The notes under the pieces: generated by a model
What the model saw: the letters and a program-made list of their open reading frames with translations, nothing else
Told to the model about the DNA's origin: nothing
Databases searched by the model: none
Shown here: positions 43,661-52,560 of the stretch, piece after piece
How positions within the stretch are numbered: position 1 is the stretch's first letter
How the letters are laid out: every line of letters starts with the position of its first letter
Assembly: GCA_021161465.1 (NCBI GenBank)
Contig: JAGHAM010000036.1
Location: 13,512 to 77,511, forward strand
DNA length: 64,000 nt
Direction of reading: 5' to 3'
DNA from: Candidatus Iainarchaeum sp.
GTDB taxonomy: Archaea; B1Sed10-29; WALL01; JAGHAM01
Program-made: the position numbers and the translations under genes

Positions 43661-45150
43661 AATGAGGCAATTTTGTTCAGGAAACTATCCTTGTCGGTGT
43701 AAAACTCGTTGGACATCCTCATGATGTCCTCATAGGACACTTTCTGTTTTTTCATCCATTCAAGTATGCCTTCTCTAAGCTTAAGCTCTTCTGTAACCTC
43801 GTTTTTAGTCATACCACAGGTAAATGCTAGTTTCTCAATGGTTTGCGATGGTAGCTGTGTCCTTGAGATGGAGTCTCTTCCTTTGTCCCATTTGTAGATG
43901 CCGTTCAGCAATATCTGGTCACCCATCCAGCTTACCTCTGAAACCTCAGTTACTCTCCTAACAACCCGTCCACCTTCTCCTTTGAACCTGTGTTGTATCA
44001 CTATGAGGTCAAGGAGGGATAGCAGCTGTTTGTGCACATTCATTGGAGGGGACTCCAACCGTAGCACTGTTTCCTTGGCATCATTTGCATGCAATGTTCC
44101 CATCGAGCCAGAGATACCAACATCCATGGCAGTGAAGAGTGAAGTGGCTTCCTCACCGCGCACTTCCCCAACTAGTATCCTATCCGGCCTCATCCTCAAC
44201 GATGCTTTGACAAGGTCGTTCATGGTTATAGTGGTCTTACTTTTGTAGTCATACGTTGCCTCTAGCTGAACCCAGTTATCCCTTGAGCCTAAATTAAGCT
44301 CGAGAGTGTCTTCTATGGTTAGGACTCTGTTGTCATAAGGTATGAAACCAGATATAGCATTTAGGGTTGTTGTTTTTCCACTACCTGCCCCACCACTTAT
44401 GATTAGGTTCATTGGGCTTACCTTCATGCCTTCCACAGCAAGCCACAGGAAGGCAGCAAGCTCGGTTGATACAGTTCCAAAGTTGATTAAGTCAACTATG
44501 GAGAACGGGCGGAATGTGAATTTCCTTATGGTTAAGCTTGGGCTCACGGATGCCGGAGGAATAGCTATGTTAACCCTGGAGCCATCAGGAAGTCGGGTGT
44601 CTATCAGGGGGCTTGATCTACTCAACTCTTTTCCGCTGGAGCTTGAGATCCGGCTTAATAGCACTAAGAGTTTCTCCTGCGAGTGGAAAACAAGATTGGT
44701 CTTGCATGGGCCCTCTTTTCTGTGTACAACCCATACTGGTCTGTCAATACCATTTACAATAATTTCTTCTAGGTGCTGGTCGTGCAGGAGAGGAGTTAAT
44801 TTTCCAACACCACAGAGCATGTTTGTTACTTCCTCAACTAGGTTGTCCTTGTTTTTCGACTTTGGTAGGTATTTATTGACGAATTTGCTGACAATCTCTT
44901 TTTTCCCTTCTAGCTCGGAGGAATCAAACAGGACATCATGTATTTTCAGCTTGTTAAGCAGCTGATTTTCAATGGAATGCAGCCAAGCTCCAGCTTTTTT
45001 GTTTGATAAAAATATCTGTTCTATTTCCTCAACTGAGAATTCCTTCAGTGCCAACTTTGAAACCACATCTAAAAAGAGCTGCTCTTCGTCCGTAAATTCA
45101 GGCCTTTTAAGCAGATAATACTTCTGACCTTTTTTCTCAACTATACGCAT
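43657..45150 (-). CDS. type II/IV secretion system ATPase (FlaI/PilB/VirB11 family)
   Basis: Walker A IISGGAGSGKTT. Asp box, His box and Walker B present. Family assignment from the SGKTT Walker A and overall architecture. Confidence 0.85.
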   Translation of the reverse strand: MRIVEKKGQKYYLLKRPEFTDEEQLFLDVVSKLALKEFSVEEIEQIFLSNKKAGAWLHSIENQLLNKLKIHDVLFDSSELEGKKEIVSKFVNKYLPKSKNKDNLVEEVTNMLCGVGKLTPLLHDQHLEEIIVNGIDRPVWVVHRKEGPCKTNLVFHSQEKLLVLLSRISSSSGKELSRSSPLIDTRLPDGSRVNIAIPPASVSPSLTIRKFTFRPFSIVDLINFGTVSTELAAFLWLAVEGMKVSPMNLIISGGAGSGKTTTLNAISGFIPYDNRVLTIEDTLELNLGSRDNWVQLEATYDYKSKTTITMNDLVKASLRMRPDRILVGEVRGEEATSLFTAMDVGISGSMGTLHANDAKETVLRLESPPMNVHKQLLSLLDLIVIQHRFKGEGGRVVRRVTEVSEVSWMGDQILLNGIYKWDKGRDSISRTQLPSQTIEKLAFTCGMTKNEVTEELKLREGILEWMKKQKVSYEDIMRMSNEFYTDKDSFLNKIASF

Positions 45151-45196
45151 AAATAGTAGTTCTCAGTAACTAAATAAAAGCTTAAGGGTTTGCTGG

Positions 45197-46441
45197 ATGC
45201 GTGACGATATTCTTAGAAAACTGGTACCAACTCCTAAGGAGAGGGAATTTGAGCTAGGATTGGCCAATGAGATAATCGACGAAGTGCGTGAGCATGGGCG
45301 CGATGCCATACTTGTTGGGAGCATAGCTAAGGACACATGTCTGAGGGGGGATAGGGATGTGGATATCTTTGTCTTATTCCCAAAAAACGTTCCTAGGGAG
45401 CAGCTTGAAAGGGAAGGCCTCAGCATAGGAAAGCAGGTGTGTAAGGCTTTTGGTGTGAAGCCAGAACTGAAATACGCGGAGCATCCGTATATAAGAACAG
45501 AAATAAAAGGCTGTGATATTGATATAGTGCCTTGCTATAAAATAAAGCCAGGCGACAGGATAATTTCAGCGGTGGATAGGTCGCCATTGCATACTGAATA
45601 CGTCAAGGCAAGAATTGGTGACAAAACCAAAGATGTGCGGCTGTTGAAGTACTTCTGCAAGCAGATAGGGGTTTATGGTGCCAATGTCCGGGTCAAAGGA
45701 TTTAGCGGATACCTGTGCGAGTTGCTGGTGCTTAACTATGGCTCTTTTGAGAAAACCCTGCGTGCAGCATCTAGCTGGCACTACGGTGAAAAAATAGACC
45801 TTGAGAACCATGGAGAGTTGGAGTTTGATAGTCCTTTGGTTGTTATTGACCCTGTGGATTCCCAGAGGAACGTGGCTGCTGCGTTAAGTGAGGAGAACCA
45901 CAGCTGGTTCATAGCAGCTGCGCGCTACTACTTAAAGTCCGGCGAAATACCAAAGAAAGTGAGGATAGGCACTCCAAGGGGAAAGCTGCTTCTGGTGGAC
46001 TGGCGGATAAAGGAGAACATAGAGGAGATAGTCTGGTCACAGCTTGAGAAATTTAAGGAGCACGTTGTGAAGCATCTCAAACTGAATGGCTTTAGCGTAA
46101 TAGACAGTTTCATCTGGACTGACTCTAAAGCCAGCGCGCAGATGCTTTTGGAGCTGGAGGTGTGGCAGTTACCAGAGATAGAAATGCATTATGGCCCAGC
46201 TGTCTATGACAGGGAGCGCTCTGATAGTTTCATAGCGAAGTACAAGAAAGTTATGGTGAAAGGCAACCAGCTTGTGTCCGAGAAGAAGCGCGATTTCCAT
46301 AGCGCTAGAGACCTTTTAACCAAACTTCTGAAGAAGCCCCCCGCGCACCTTGGGAAGAACTGGAAGATAGTGGAGGGCGCATCCGTGAAGCGCGCAAAGG
46401 TCTTCAAAGAATACGAGAAGAAGCTATGGAAGCTTGCGTGA
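45197..46441 (+). CDS. cca: CCA-adding tRNA nucleotidyltransferase (archaeal class I)
   Basis: GSIAKDTCLRGDRDVDIFVLF polymerase-beta motif and archaeal CCA body/tail. Confidence 0.9.
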   Translation: MRDDILRKLVPTPKEREFELGLANEIIDEVREHGRDAILVGSIAKDTCLRGDRDVDIFVLFPKNVPREQLEREGLSIGKQVCKAFGVKPELKYAEHPYIRTEIKGCDIDIVPCYKIKPGDRIISAVDRSPLHTEYVKARIGDKTKDVRLLKYFCKQIGVYGANVRVKGFSGYLCELLVLNYGSFEKTLRAASSWHYGEKIDLENHGELEFDSPLVVIDPVDSQRNVAAALSEENHSWFIAAARYYLKSGEIPKKVRIGTPRGKLLLVDWRIKENIEEIVWSQLEKFKEHVVKHLKLNGFSVIDSFIWTDSKASAQMLLELEVWQLPEIEMHYGPAVYDRERSDSFIAKYKKVMVKGNQLVSEKKRDFHSARDLLTKLLKKPPAHLGKNWKIVEGASVKRAKVFKEYEKKLWKLA

Positions 46442-46448
46442 TGTGTTT

Positions 46449-47225
46449 TTATGGATAGTGGGAGTACACACCTTTAGCCAATATACCTTCCCTTTTGATT
46501 ATCTCTTCTATACTTGCAACCTGCTCCTCCATCCCATTTTGACTCGATAGTATCTCAAGACTCTCAGGGCTTATCTCTTTTAGCCATCTCTTGAACTTAC
46601 CGCCACTGGCTCGTAGGTTCAGAAATTCAAACCAATAGTAATCTACAAAACCCTTAGTCTTTTCAACGATTTCCTCGATATGGCTTAACCCCGGTATGAT
46701 TGGGGAGATAAAAGCGTAATTTTGGATTCCTTCTTCATGCAAACTCCTTAATGTGTTTACTCTTTTTTCAATTGGCGGAGAAAGAGGCTCAATTTCTTTC
46801 TTGACTTCTTTATCAAATCCGTTCACAGTTAGTCCAACACTGATATCTTTGAATTCTTTGATTAGCTGAATGTCTCTTAGAACTAAATCTGATTTTGTTA
46901 GGATAGAAAGTTCAGTTCCTTTGTCCATAACCTCTAAAATCCTTCTTGTTAGCTCTAGTTTCTTTTCTATTGGTTGATAGGCATCGCTAATGCTGCTCAT
47001 GTAAACTTGGCCTTCAACTTTTTTTCCTTCAGCCAGTTCTGGTATATTCTCTCTGGCAACAACCCATGACCCCCACTCACCATAATCGTACCATCTACAC
47101 ATGAATTTTGCATAGCAGTATTTACAAGCATGTTGGCACCCTATGTACTGGTTTATAACCCATCTAGCCCCAGGAATCTTTGTTCTGTTGAACGCTCTCT
47201 TTGCCTTTTTTATTATTAGCTTCAT
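46449..47225 (-). CDS. radical SAM protein, SplB/DNA-photolyase-like family (COG1533-like)
   Basis: GCQHACKYCYAKF cluster. Start at internal Met MKLIIKK. Confidence 0.65.
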   Translation of the reverse strand: MKLIIKKAKRAFNRTKIPGARWVINQYIGCQHACKYCYAKFMCRWYDYGEWGSWVVARENIPELAEGKKVEGQVYMSSISDAYQPIEKKLELTRRILEVMDKGTELSILTKSDLVLRDIQLIKEFKDISVGLTVNGFDKEVKKEIEPLSPPIEKRVNTLRSLHEEGIQNYAFISPIIPGLSHIEEIVEKTKGFVDYYWFEFLNLRASGGKFKRWLKEISPESLEILSSQNGMEEQVASIEEIIKREGILAKGVYSHYP

Positions 47226-47278
47226 ATGCAAAATTTTGTGACGTAGCCTTTTTATACCGATGTTTCTAAATTCTATTT

Positions 47279-48562
47279 GTGAGTGAGATGGCATTCAAGC
47301 ACATAGCAGAAATTCCAGGATACGTTGGCAAGGAGGTCGCGCTTAGGGGATGGGTCCATCGTCATCGCGCTACCAAGAACAATGTCTTCATAGTCCTTCG
47401 TGATTCGACAGGAGTTGTCCAGTGTGTGGTTAAAAAGGATGCTAAGTTCTTTGAAGATGCCGAGCGCGTGGGTATAGAAACTAGTATAGCTGTGAAGGGA
47501 ACTGTGAAGAAAGATGAGCGCGCCCCTGGTGGGCACGAGCTTACGCTTAACAGCTTTAAGGTGGTTGGGCCGTCAGAGGAATTCCCAATCACAAAAGACC
47601 AGAGCACGGAGTTCTTGCTGGATGTCAGGCATCTCTGGCTTCGCTCACAAAGGATGACACAGATGATGAAAGCCAGGGCATACCTGCTTGGTTATTTCAG
47701 GGACTGGTTCAAGGAGAACGGCTTCTGGGAGGTAAGCCCGCCGATACTAACAGTAACTGGCTGTGAGGGGGGCTCTACATTATTCTCCATAGACTATTTT
47801 GGTAGAAAAGCCTATCTGTCGCAAAGCGCGCAACTGTACCTGGAGGCGATTTCCTATTCACTTGAACGAGTTTACTCCCTCACACCCTCGTTCAGGGCTG
47901 AGAAGTCGCGCACTACAAGGCATCTGATTGAATATTGGCACCTAGAGGCAGAGGAGGCGTTTGTCGATAACGAGGGAAACATGAAGATAGAGGAAGAGTT
48001 AATTTCATATGCTTGCCAGAAGCTAGCCAAGGAGCACCCGCAGATTCTAAAGTTTTTTGGTAGGGAGCCGAAAGAAATGCTAGCTGTGAAACCGCCTTTT
48101 GAAAGACTTAGCTACGACGAAATGCTCGAGGAGCTTAAGCATAAGGGCATTGACCTGCCATGGGGAGAGGACCCCGGTGCAAAAGAGGAAAAAGCGTTAA
48201 CCATGGACAGGAAGAAACCCCTTTTTGTCTACAACTATCCACGTGGTGCTAAGGCCTTCTATATGAAAAAGGCTGATGAGAAGCATGTGGCATGCGCGGA
48301 CTTGCTTGCCCCAGAAGGTCACGGCGAGATAATTGGCGGCAGTGAGCGCATATGGGATTTGAAAGAACTGCTTCAGTCCATAAAGGAGTTTGGTTTGAAT
48401 CCAAAGGACTATGAGTGGTACGTAGACCTAAGACGGTATGGCTCTGTCCCGCACTCTGGCTTCGGGCTTGGTGTCGAAAGAACTCTAAAATGGATACTCA
48501 AGCTGGAGCACATACGTGATGCAGTGCCGTTCCCAAGGACCATAAACAGGGTTTATCCGTGA
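47279..48562 (+). CDS. asnS: class IIb aminoacyl-tRNA synthetase, asparaginyl- (or archaeal aspartyl-) tRNA synthetase
   Basis: OB anticodon-binding N-domain, motif 2 region FRAE, and GFGLGVERTLKWIL...FPR motif 3. LSQSAQLYLE favours AsnRS. Confidence 0.85.
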   Translation: MSEMAFKHIAEIPGYVGKEVALRGWVHRHRATKNNVFIVLRDSTGVVQCVVKKDAKFFEDAERVGIETSIAVKGTVKKDERAPGGHELTLNSFKVVGPSEEFPITKDQSTEFLLDVRHLWLRSQRMTQMMKARAYLLGYFRDWFKENGFWEVSPPILTVTGCEGGSTLFSIDYFGRKAYLSQSAQLYLEAISYSLERVYSLTPSFRAEKSRTTRHLIEYWHLEAEEAFVDNEGNMKIEEELISYACQKLAKEHPQILKFFGREPKEMLAVKPPFERLSYDEMLEELKHKGIDLPWGEDPGAKEEKALTMDRKKPLFVYNYPRGAKAFYMKKADEKHVACADLLAPEGHGEIIGGSERIWDLKELLQSIKEFGLNPKDYEWYVDLRRYGSVPHSGFGLGVERTLKWILKLEHIRDAVPFPRTINRVYP

Positions 48563-48566
48563 GACA

Positions 48567-48791
48567 ATGCAGCTTTCTCATATCATAGGAAAATTGGTTT
48601 TCAAGAAAGAGGAAGGTTTTGTTGAGCTAACGTATAGGGGCGCGCCTGGTAACATAAAGAAGATAGCGCTGGCGCGCATAACCAGGGTCGCTCACGGATA
48701 TTTTTATCTGGACAGTGGTTCTGCAATACCTTTGCACAGGATAGTGAGAGTTAGCAGTGAGGGGAAAGTGCTTTGGGAGAAATCCCCCTAG
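48567..48791 (+). CDS. hypothetical small protein (74 aa)
   Basis: ORF immediately after asnS. Confidence 0.3.
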   Translation: MQLSHIIGKLVFKKEEGFVELTYRGAPGNIKKIALARITRVAHGYFYLDSGSAIPLHRIVRVSSEGKVLWEKSP

Positions 48792-49675
48792 TCTTCTAGA
48801 AGCTTCTTTATCTCCTGTATCTGGTAAAGTGCGTCCTGCATAGATTCCTTTTCTTCTGGGGTGCTGGCGTTATTAACACCCGACTTCAGGACCTGTTCAT
48901 GTTTTTCTATCCCCATTTTTTGTGGAGCTTCCTCAGCCGACTTAAGCTTCTCCAGAGCTTCAAGTGATTTCTCCAGTTCTTCTATCGGCTCCACTTCTTT
49001 AGCTCTTGGCTTTGCCCCTGGTGGTGCTGGTGGGGTCTTTGGCAAGCTTATGAACTCCCTTGACCTGCTTTCTATCTTCTGCACGTCAACACCTCTTGCT
49101 TCCAAGACTTCTTTGCGTATGTTTTTTATAAGTGATTTGGTGCCGTTTTGCACCTCTCCTAATTTACCCTCACCAACCCGTTGATGGGAAACACCATGCC
49201 AGTCCTTCACAAATAGATTTAATTTGTATTTTCCTTTCGCGATTTCATAGGACTCCTCAATAGTATATTTATCGCTTTTTCCCCTCATGTAAAACCCATA
49301 CCAACCAGAGGGAGCATCACTTTTCTGGCCATGTTTGTGGAGCACCCCGCTGAAGAGGAGTATTGGGGGCTTGAAATTGATTGATATCTCGGATTCCTTC
49401 AAATCAAACTCTTTATAGGTGCGTTTTAGTGCGCCCATAACTCTAAAAACAACGTTCAGGTAACCATAGAATCTTAGGAAAGCAATTGCTGCACACATTA
49501 ATGAAACCGTTGGAACAACTACGAGCACAACAGGAAACGCTACAATTTGGAGAGTTATCAAGGTTATATTGAATACGGCGGCGAGTAAGAAGAACAACGT
49601 TAAGAGGTCGCTTATTATGATGTTTACTAGTAAGGTTTCAAACTTTGATGGACTAACCTTTAGGGTAATCTGCAT
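48788..49675 (-). CDS. hypothetical membrane protein with charged coiled C-terminus
   Basis: Two N-terminal TM helices. C-terminal K/E-rich tail. Confidence 0.4.
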   Translation of the reverse strand: MQITLKVSPSKFETLLVNIIISDLLTLFFLLAAVFNITLITLQIVAFPVVLVVVPTVSLMCAAIAFLRFYGYLNVVFRVMGALKRTYKEFDLKESEISINFKPPILLFSGVLHKHGQKSDAPSGWYGFYMRGKSDKYTIEESYEIAKGKYKLNLFVKDWHGVSHQRVGEGKLGEVQNGTKSLIKNIRKEVLEARGVDVQKIESRSREFISLPKTPPAPPGAKPRAKEVEPIEELEKSLEALEKLKSAEEAPQKMGIEKHEQVLKSGVNNASTPEEKESMQDALYQIQEIKKLLED

Positions 49676-49728
49676 ATACGAGAAATAGAAAATATAACTA
49701 TAAAAACCTTTGTAGCCAAAATGAACTC

Positions 49729-50136
49729 ATGAGTGTAGTAATGGCTTTTGGCACTTTCTCCTTGGTACATCCCGGTCACATTTACTACCTTTCCGAGGCC
49801 AAAAAGTTGGCGGATGAATTGATTGTTGTCATTGCGAGGGACTCAACAGTCAAGGAAGTCAAGGGTAAATGTGCTATTCCTGAAAGGCAAAGAGCGAAGG
49901 TAGTTGAGGCACTAAAGCCGGTTGATAAGGTTATACTGGGCTCCAAACAGGATAAATATGAAGTCATAGTGAGCCAAGAGCCCGATATACTTGCTCTTGG
50001 CCCAGACCAGGAGAAAAATATAGACAAATTCAAGTTTGAATTGTCTAAAAGGGGCTTGAACCCGAAGATAGTAAGGATACCTCGCTTGGAGGGTGAACTC
50101 TACAGCACATCAAAAATGTTGAAGTTTCTATGCTAG
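49729..50136 (+). CDS. ribL: FAD synthase (archaeal RibL-type cytidylyltransferase)
   Basis: AFGTFSLVHPGH nucleotidyltransferase motif. About 135 aa. Confidence 0.75.
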   Translation: MSVVMAFGTFSLVHPGHIYYLSEAKKLADELIVVIARDSTVKEVKGKCAIPERQRAKVVEALKPVDKVILGSKQDKYEVIVSQEPDILALGPDQEKNIDKFKFELSKRGLNPKIVRIPRLEGELYSTSKMLKFLC

Positions 50137-50964
50137 TTATTTCCTAAGCAATGTTAAAATAAAGCTTCCAGGTCCACCGCTTCCCTTCTTCAGCTCACTG
50201 ACACCCACTTTTATCACGTCAACCCCATAGTCCTCCAGTACGTTGTTAAGTTCGTTGCAACTTTCGTCTATTATGACTTTATCTGGTTCCAGAGTTATGA
50301 AATCCGGAGCGAATTCTTGTTTGTCTTTTAGTGAGATTAATTCGAAATTCCTGCCTGAAAGGAAAGTTTTAAAGGCTGCTGGAAGTGATGGCTCGTATGC
50401 CACAGCAAGTGAGTCATCCACAATACCAAAAATAGAATCAAGATGCGTTTCCTCTTTGTGGAATACGGGAAGCATTACCTTGTTGAAGAATTCGCACAGT
50501 TGTTCGAATCCATCCTGGTTGGTTCTATTGTTTAAGCCAACCGCAATCACGTCATCAGTTATCTGGACGAAGTCTCCACCCTCAAAGTAGGAGTTTATTA
50601 TCCTGCCGAATACAGGGATGCCTAGCCTATCTCCCATAGCTTCAAGAAACAACTCTTCCCCCTGACGGTATTCATGGCGGAAGTAAGAGAGCACCAGACC
50701 GTTCACGGAACACACACCAAGGTCTTTTGTGAAATAAAGGTTAGGGGGTGGGACGTCTGGCCCAACTTCAACTAAGTCTACTTTCACTCCTTCTTCTTTC
50801 AAAACATTAATTAGCTTATCCATCTCTTCCGAGGCTTTTTTCCAGTTTGGCCGTGCCCTGAAGCCCCATACGCTTGGGTCTGTGATGAGCTCAAGCTCCT
50901 CCCCAGGTTTGTGCATTAGCACTCTTTTCAGCTTGCCAAAGCACGACTTGGTCCCATATTCCAT
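50137..50964 (-). CDS. amidinotransferase/DDAH superfamily protein
   Basis: Length and scattered motifs fit the arginine deiminase/DDAH fold. Weak. Confidence 0.5.
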   Translation of the reverse strand: MEYGTKSCFGKLKRVLMHKPGEELELITDPSVWGFRARPNWKKASEEMDKLINVLKEEGVKVDLVEVGPDVPPPNLYFTKDLGVCSVNGLVLSYFRHEYRQGEELFLEAMGDRLGIPVFGRIINSYFEGGDFVQITDDVIAVGLNNRTNQDGFEQLCEFFNKVMLPVFHKEETHLDSIFGIVDDSLAVAYEPSLPAAFKTFLSGRNFELISLKDKQEFAPDFITLEPDKVIIDESCNELNNVLEDYGVDVIKVGVSELKKGSGGPGSFILTLLRK

Positions 50965-51088
50965 ATACCTAAGTTATGGTTTTTAAAATATAAAAGATAG
51001 GTTTGCGCACATGCAGAAAACAAAAAGCATCTAAGATATATCAGCATAACTGAGCTGATTCTCTTTAACGGGGAAACGAGGTGAGAAC

Positions 51089-51139
51089 ATGCCTGCTAAG
51101 AAGAAAGCCAAGAAGACAACCAAGAAAAAGAAGAAGTAA
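51089..51139 (+). CDS. possible micro-ORF encoding a 16-aa poly-lysine peptide (MPAKKKAKKTTKKKKK)
   Basis: ATG preceded by GGTGA 7 nt upstream. Very short. Could be chance. Confidence 0.15.
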   Translation: MPAKKKAKKTTKKKKK

Positions 51140-51207
51140 CTCCTAAATTGTAATGCTTATCCGAAAACCGTCTATTTTCATTTTCTTTTTTTAATATTGT
51201 GGTAGAA

Positions 51208-51509
51208 GCGCTCCCGCCGGGAATTCCACCTAACGGATTGCGTAGCAATCCTTTGCAGGTTTAGAGGTTCGTTCTCGACCATAGGTCCAGAACGTGTGCA
51301 ACCCTTCTGGTGCACCCTTTGTGCACCCTTTGTGCACCCATCCTTCCTGCGTATCGGGTGGCCTTGTGCCACCCCTGCAGGTTTAGAAAGGGTGCAACCC
51401 TTCTAGTGCAACCAATCTTTTTGAACCCGGGCTCCAAGCTCCGCAAGCTTGTGTTCTTTCCGTGCTTCGCGCTAGCGCGAAGCAATCCAGGCTATACTAC
51501 GGGAGCGCG
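51208..51509. ncRNA. candidate structured ncRNA (about 300 nt) closed by a 9 bp terminal helix; RNase P RNA-like motifs present; strand unresolved
   Basis: GCGCTCCCG at 51208 and its exact complement CGGGAGCGC at 51500-51509. Internal perfect palindrome CTTCGCGCTAGCGCGAAG, a CGTTCTCGACC/GGTCCAGAACG hairpin and GGGTGC repeats. Contains CCGGGCTCCA (identical to the RNase P CR-I core). Region is GC-rich and lacks credible ORFs. Confidence 0.35.
51290..51415. repeat. direct and tandem repeats built on the palindromic GTGCAC core
   Basis: GTGCACCCTTT occurs as 3 copies with 11 bp period. A 22 bp repeat GTGCAACCCTTCTGGTGCACCC / GTGCAACCCTTCTAGTGCAACC occurs about 95 bp apart. CTGCAGGTTTAGA occurs twice. 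Confidence 0.6.
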
Positions 51510-51638
51510 TTGTAATTTATGTTGACAGAATTATTAAAAACCAAAGCATGTTGTAATACAGTTTTTACTCCTTGCAGCGCTATCTTTTTAAAACCCTAAA
51601 CCTAAAATATAGCTCCTTAAATGCGCGAAGGGTTGTAT

Positions 51639-51794
51639 ATGGCACTAAGATGTATTTCATGTAACCGGGAAGTAGCAGACGATTATGTCAGGTTTAAGTG
51701 TCCTTCCTGTAAAAAGGAGATAATTCGATGCCAAGATTGCAGGACGAATGCAATAAGATATAAATGTCCTGAGTGCGGGTTTGAGGGACCATAG
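51639..51794 (+). CDS. Zn-ribbon protein (four CxxC pairs), COG2888-like; missing from ORF track
   Basis: MALRCISCNREVADDYVRFKCPSCKKEIIRCQDCRTNAIRYKCPECGFEGP. Alternative in-frame ATG at 51621. Sits 12 nt upstream of the aEF-1beta gene. Confidence 0.7.
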   Translation: MALRCISCNREVADDYVRFKCPSCKKEIIRCQDCRTNAIRYKCPECGFEGP

Positions 51795-51805
51795 GTGATA
51801 GGACC

Positions 51806-52057
51806 ATGGGTGAAGTTATAGTCATGTTTAAGGTTATGCCTTCAGAGGTTGACCAGTACGATACGATGAAACAAAAAGTGCTTGATATCGTAAAGGCAGA
51901 GAAGGTGGAAGAGGACTATGTTGCCTTTGGTTTGAAGGCATTGAAGATAACTGTTGTTATGCCAGATTCAAAAGGAGGAACCGATGAGCTTGAGCAGAAG
52001 CTTACGGCGATTCCAGAGGTTGGGAGTGTCCAGTTAGAGGGTGTTGGAAGGATTTAA
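51806..52057 (+). CDS. ef1b: elongation factor 1-beta (aEF-1beta)
   Basis: 83 aa. VMFKVMP...GLKALKITVV pattern typical of aEF-1beta. Confidence 0.85.
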   Translation: MGEVIVMFKVMPSEVDQYDTMKQKVLDIVKAEKVEEDYVAFGLKALKITVVMPDSKGGTDELEQKLTAIPEVGSVQLEGVGRI

Positions 52058-52507
52058 GAACTCTTTTTTGATACCTGCCTTTATTTTATCAACGAATCTT
52101 TTAACGCCTTTCCAGTGTGAGCCTTCCCAGTACTGTTGGCCACACTCAGTGCATACCCAACCATAGTTGACAAACTTAGGTAGCTCTTCAGGCTTAGCAA
52201 TACGCAGCCTGCCGTTGCAGGTAGAACAATAAAGCGGAACTGGCTTTTCAGATATTGTTATCCCAAGCTTTCGTATCAGAAACTTTATTTGCTCGATAGG
52301 TGTTTCTGGAACCAGCAGCACGTCCCTGTGCCTTGCCAGCTCCTTATCACGTGTCAGCAATATCCTGACTTCAAGTCTTGCCCTTTCCAGTATTTTCTCG
52401 TCCGATTCTCTTGGAGATGCTAGCTCGGTGTCGTAGCCAAATATCCTTAGCCAGCGCGCAAGCTTTGCAAGCATGGCATCGCACAGGAATATCGGTTTTT
52501 CTTTCAT
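52034..52507 (-). CDS. Mut7-C/DUF82 PIN-like ribonuclease domain protein with C-terminal zinc ribbon
   Basis: FLCDAMLAKLARWLRIFGYD Mut7-C signature plus CSTCNG...CTECG ribbon. Confidence 0.7.
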   Translation of the reverse strand: MKEKPIFLCDAMLAKLARWLRIFGYDTELASPRESDEKILERARLEVRILLTRDKELARHRDVLLVPETPIEQIKFLIRKLGITISEKPVPLYCSTCNGRLRIAKPEELPKFVNYGWVCTECGQQYWEGSHWKGVKRFVDKIKAGIKKEFLNPSNTL

Positions 52508-52560
52508 GGCAAACAATTATTATGATGGTTTCACAATAAATACGGGGGGCTTGATATTGG

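Noticed and set aside
51290-51415. CRISPR array
   Set aside because: Repeat units are only 11-22 bp with no regular spacer structure, and there are no cas genes. It is not a CRISPR.
51208-51509. SRP (7S) RNA as identity of the structured element
   Set aside because: The conserved helix-8 motif (GG.AGCA / SRP54-binding loops with GNRA tetraloop) could not be found on either strand. The possibility is kept only as an unassigned ncRNA hypothesis.
51430-51510. Possible tRNA on the minus strand (GCGCUCCCGUAGUAUAGCCUGG resembles an acceptor/D-arm)
   Set aside because: No canonical anticodon arm or T-arm (GUUCRAAUC) follows in the correct register. The complementary 3' strand lies about 290 nt away, far too long for a tRNA even with introns.
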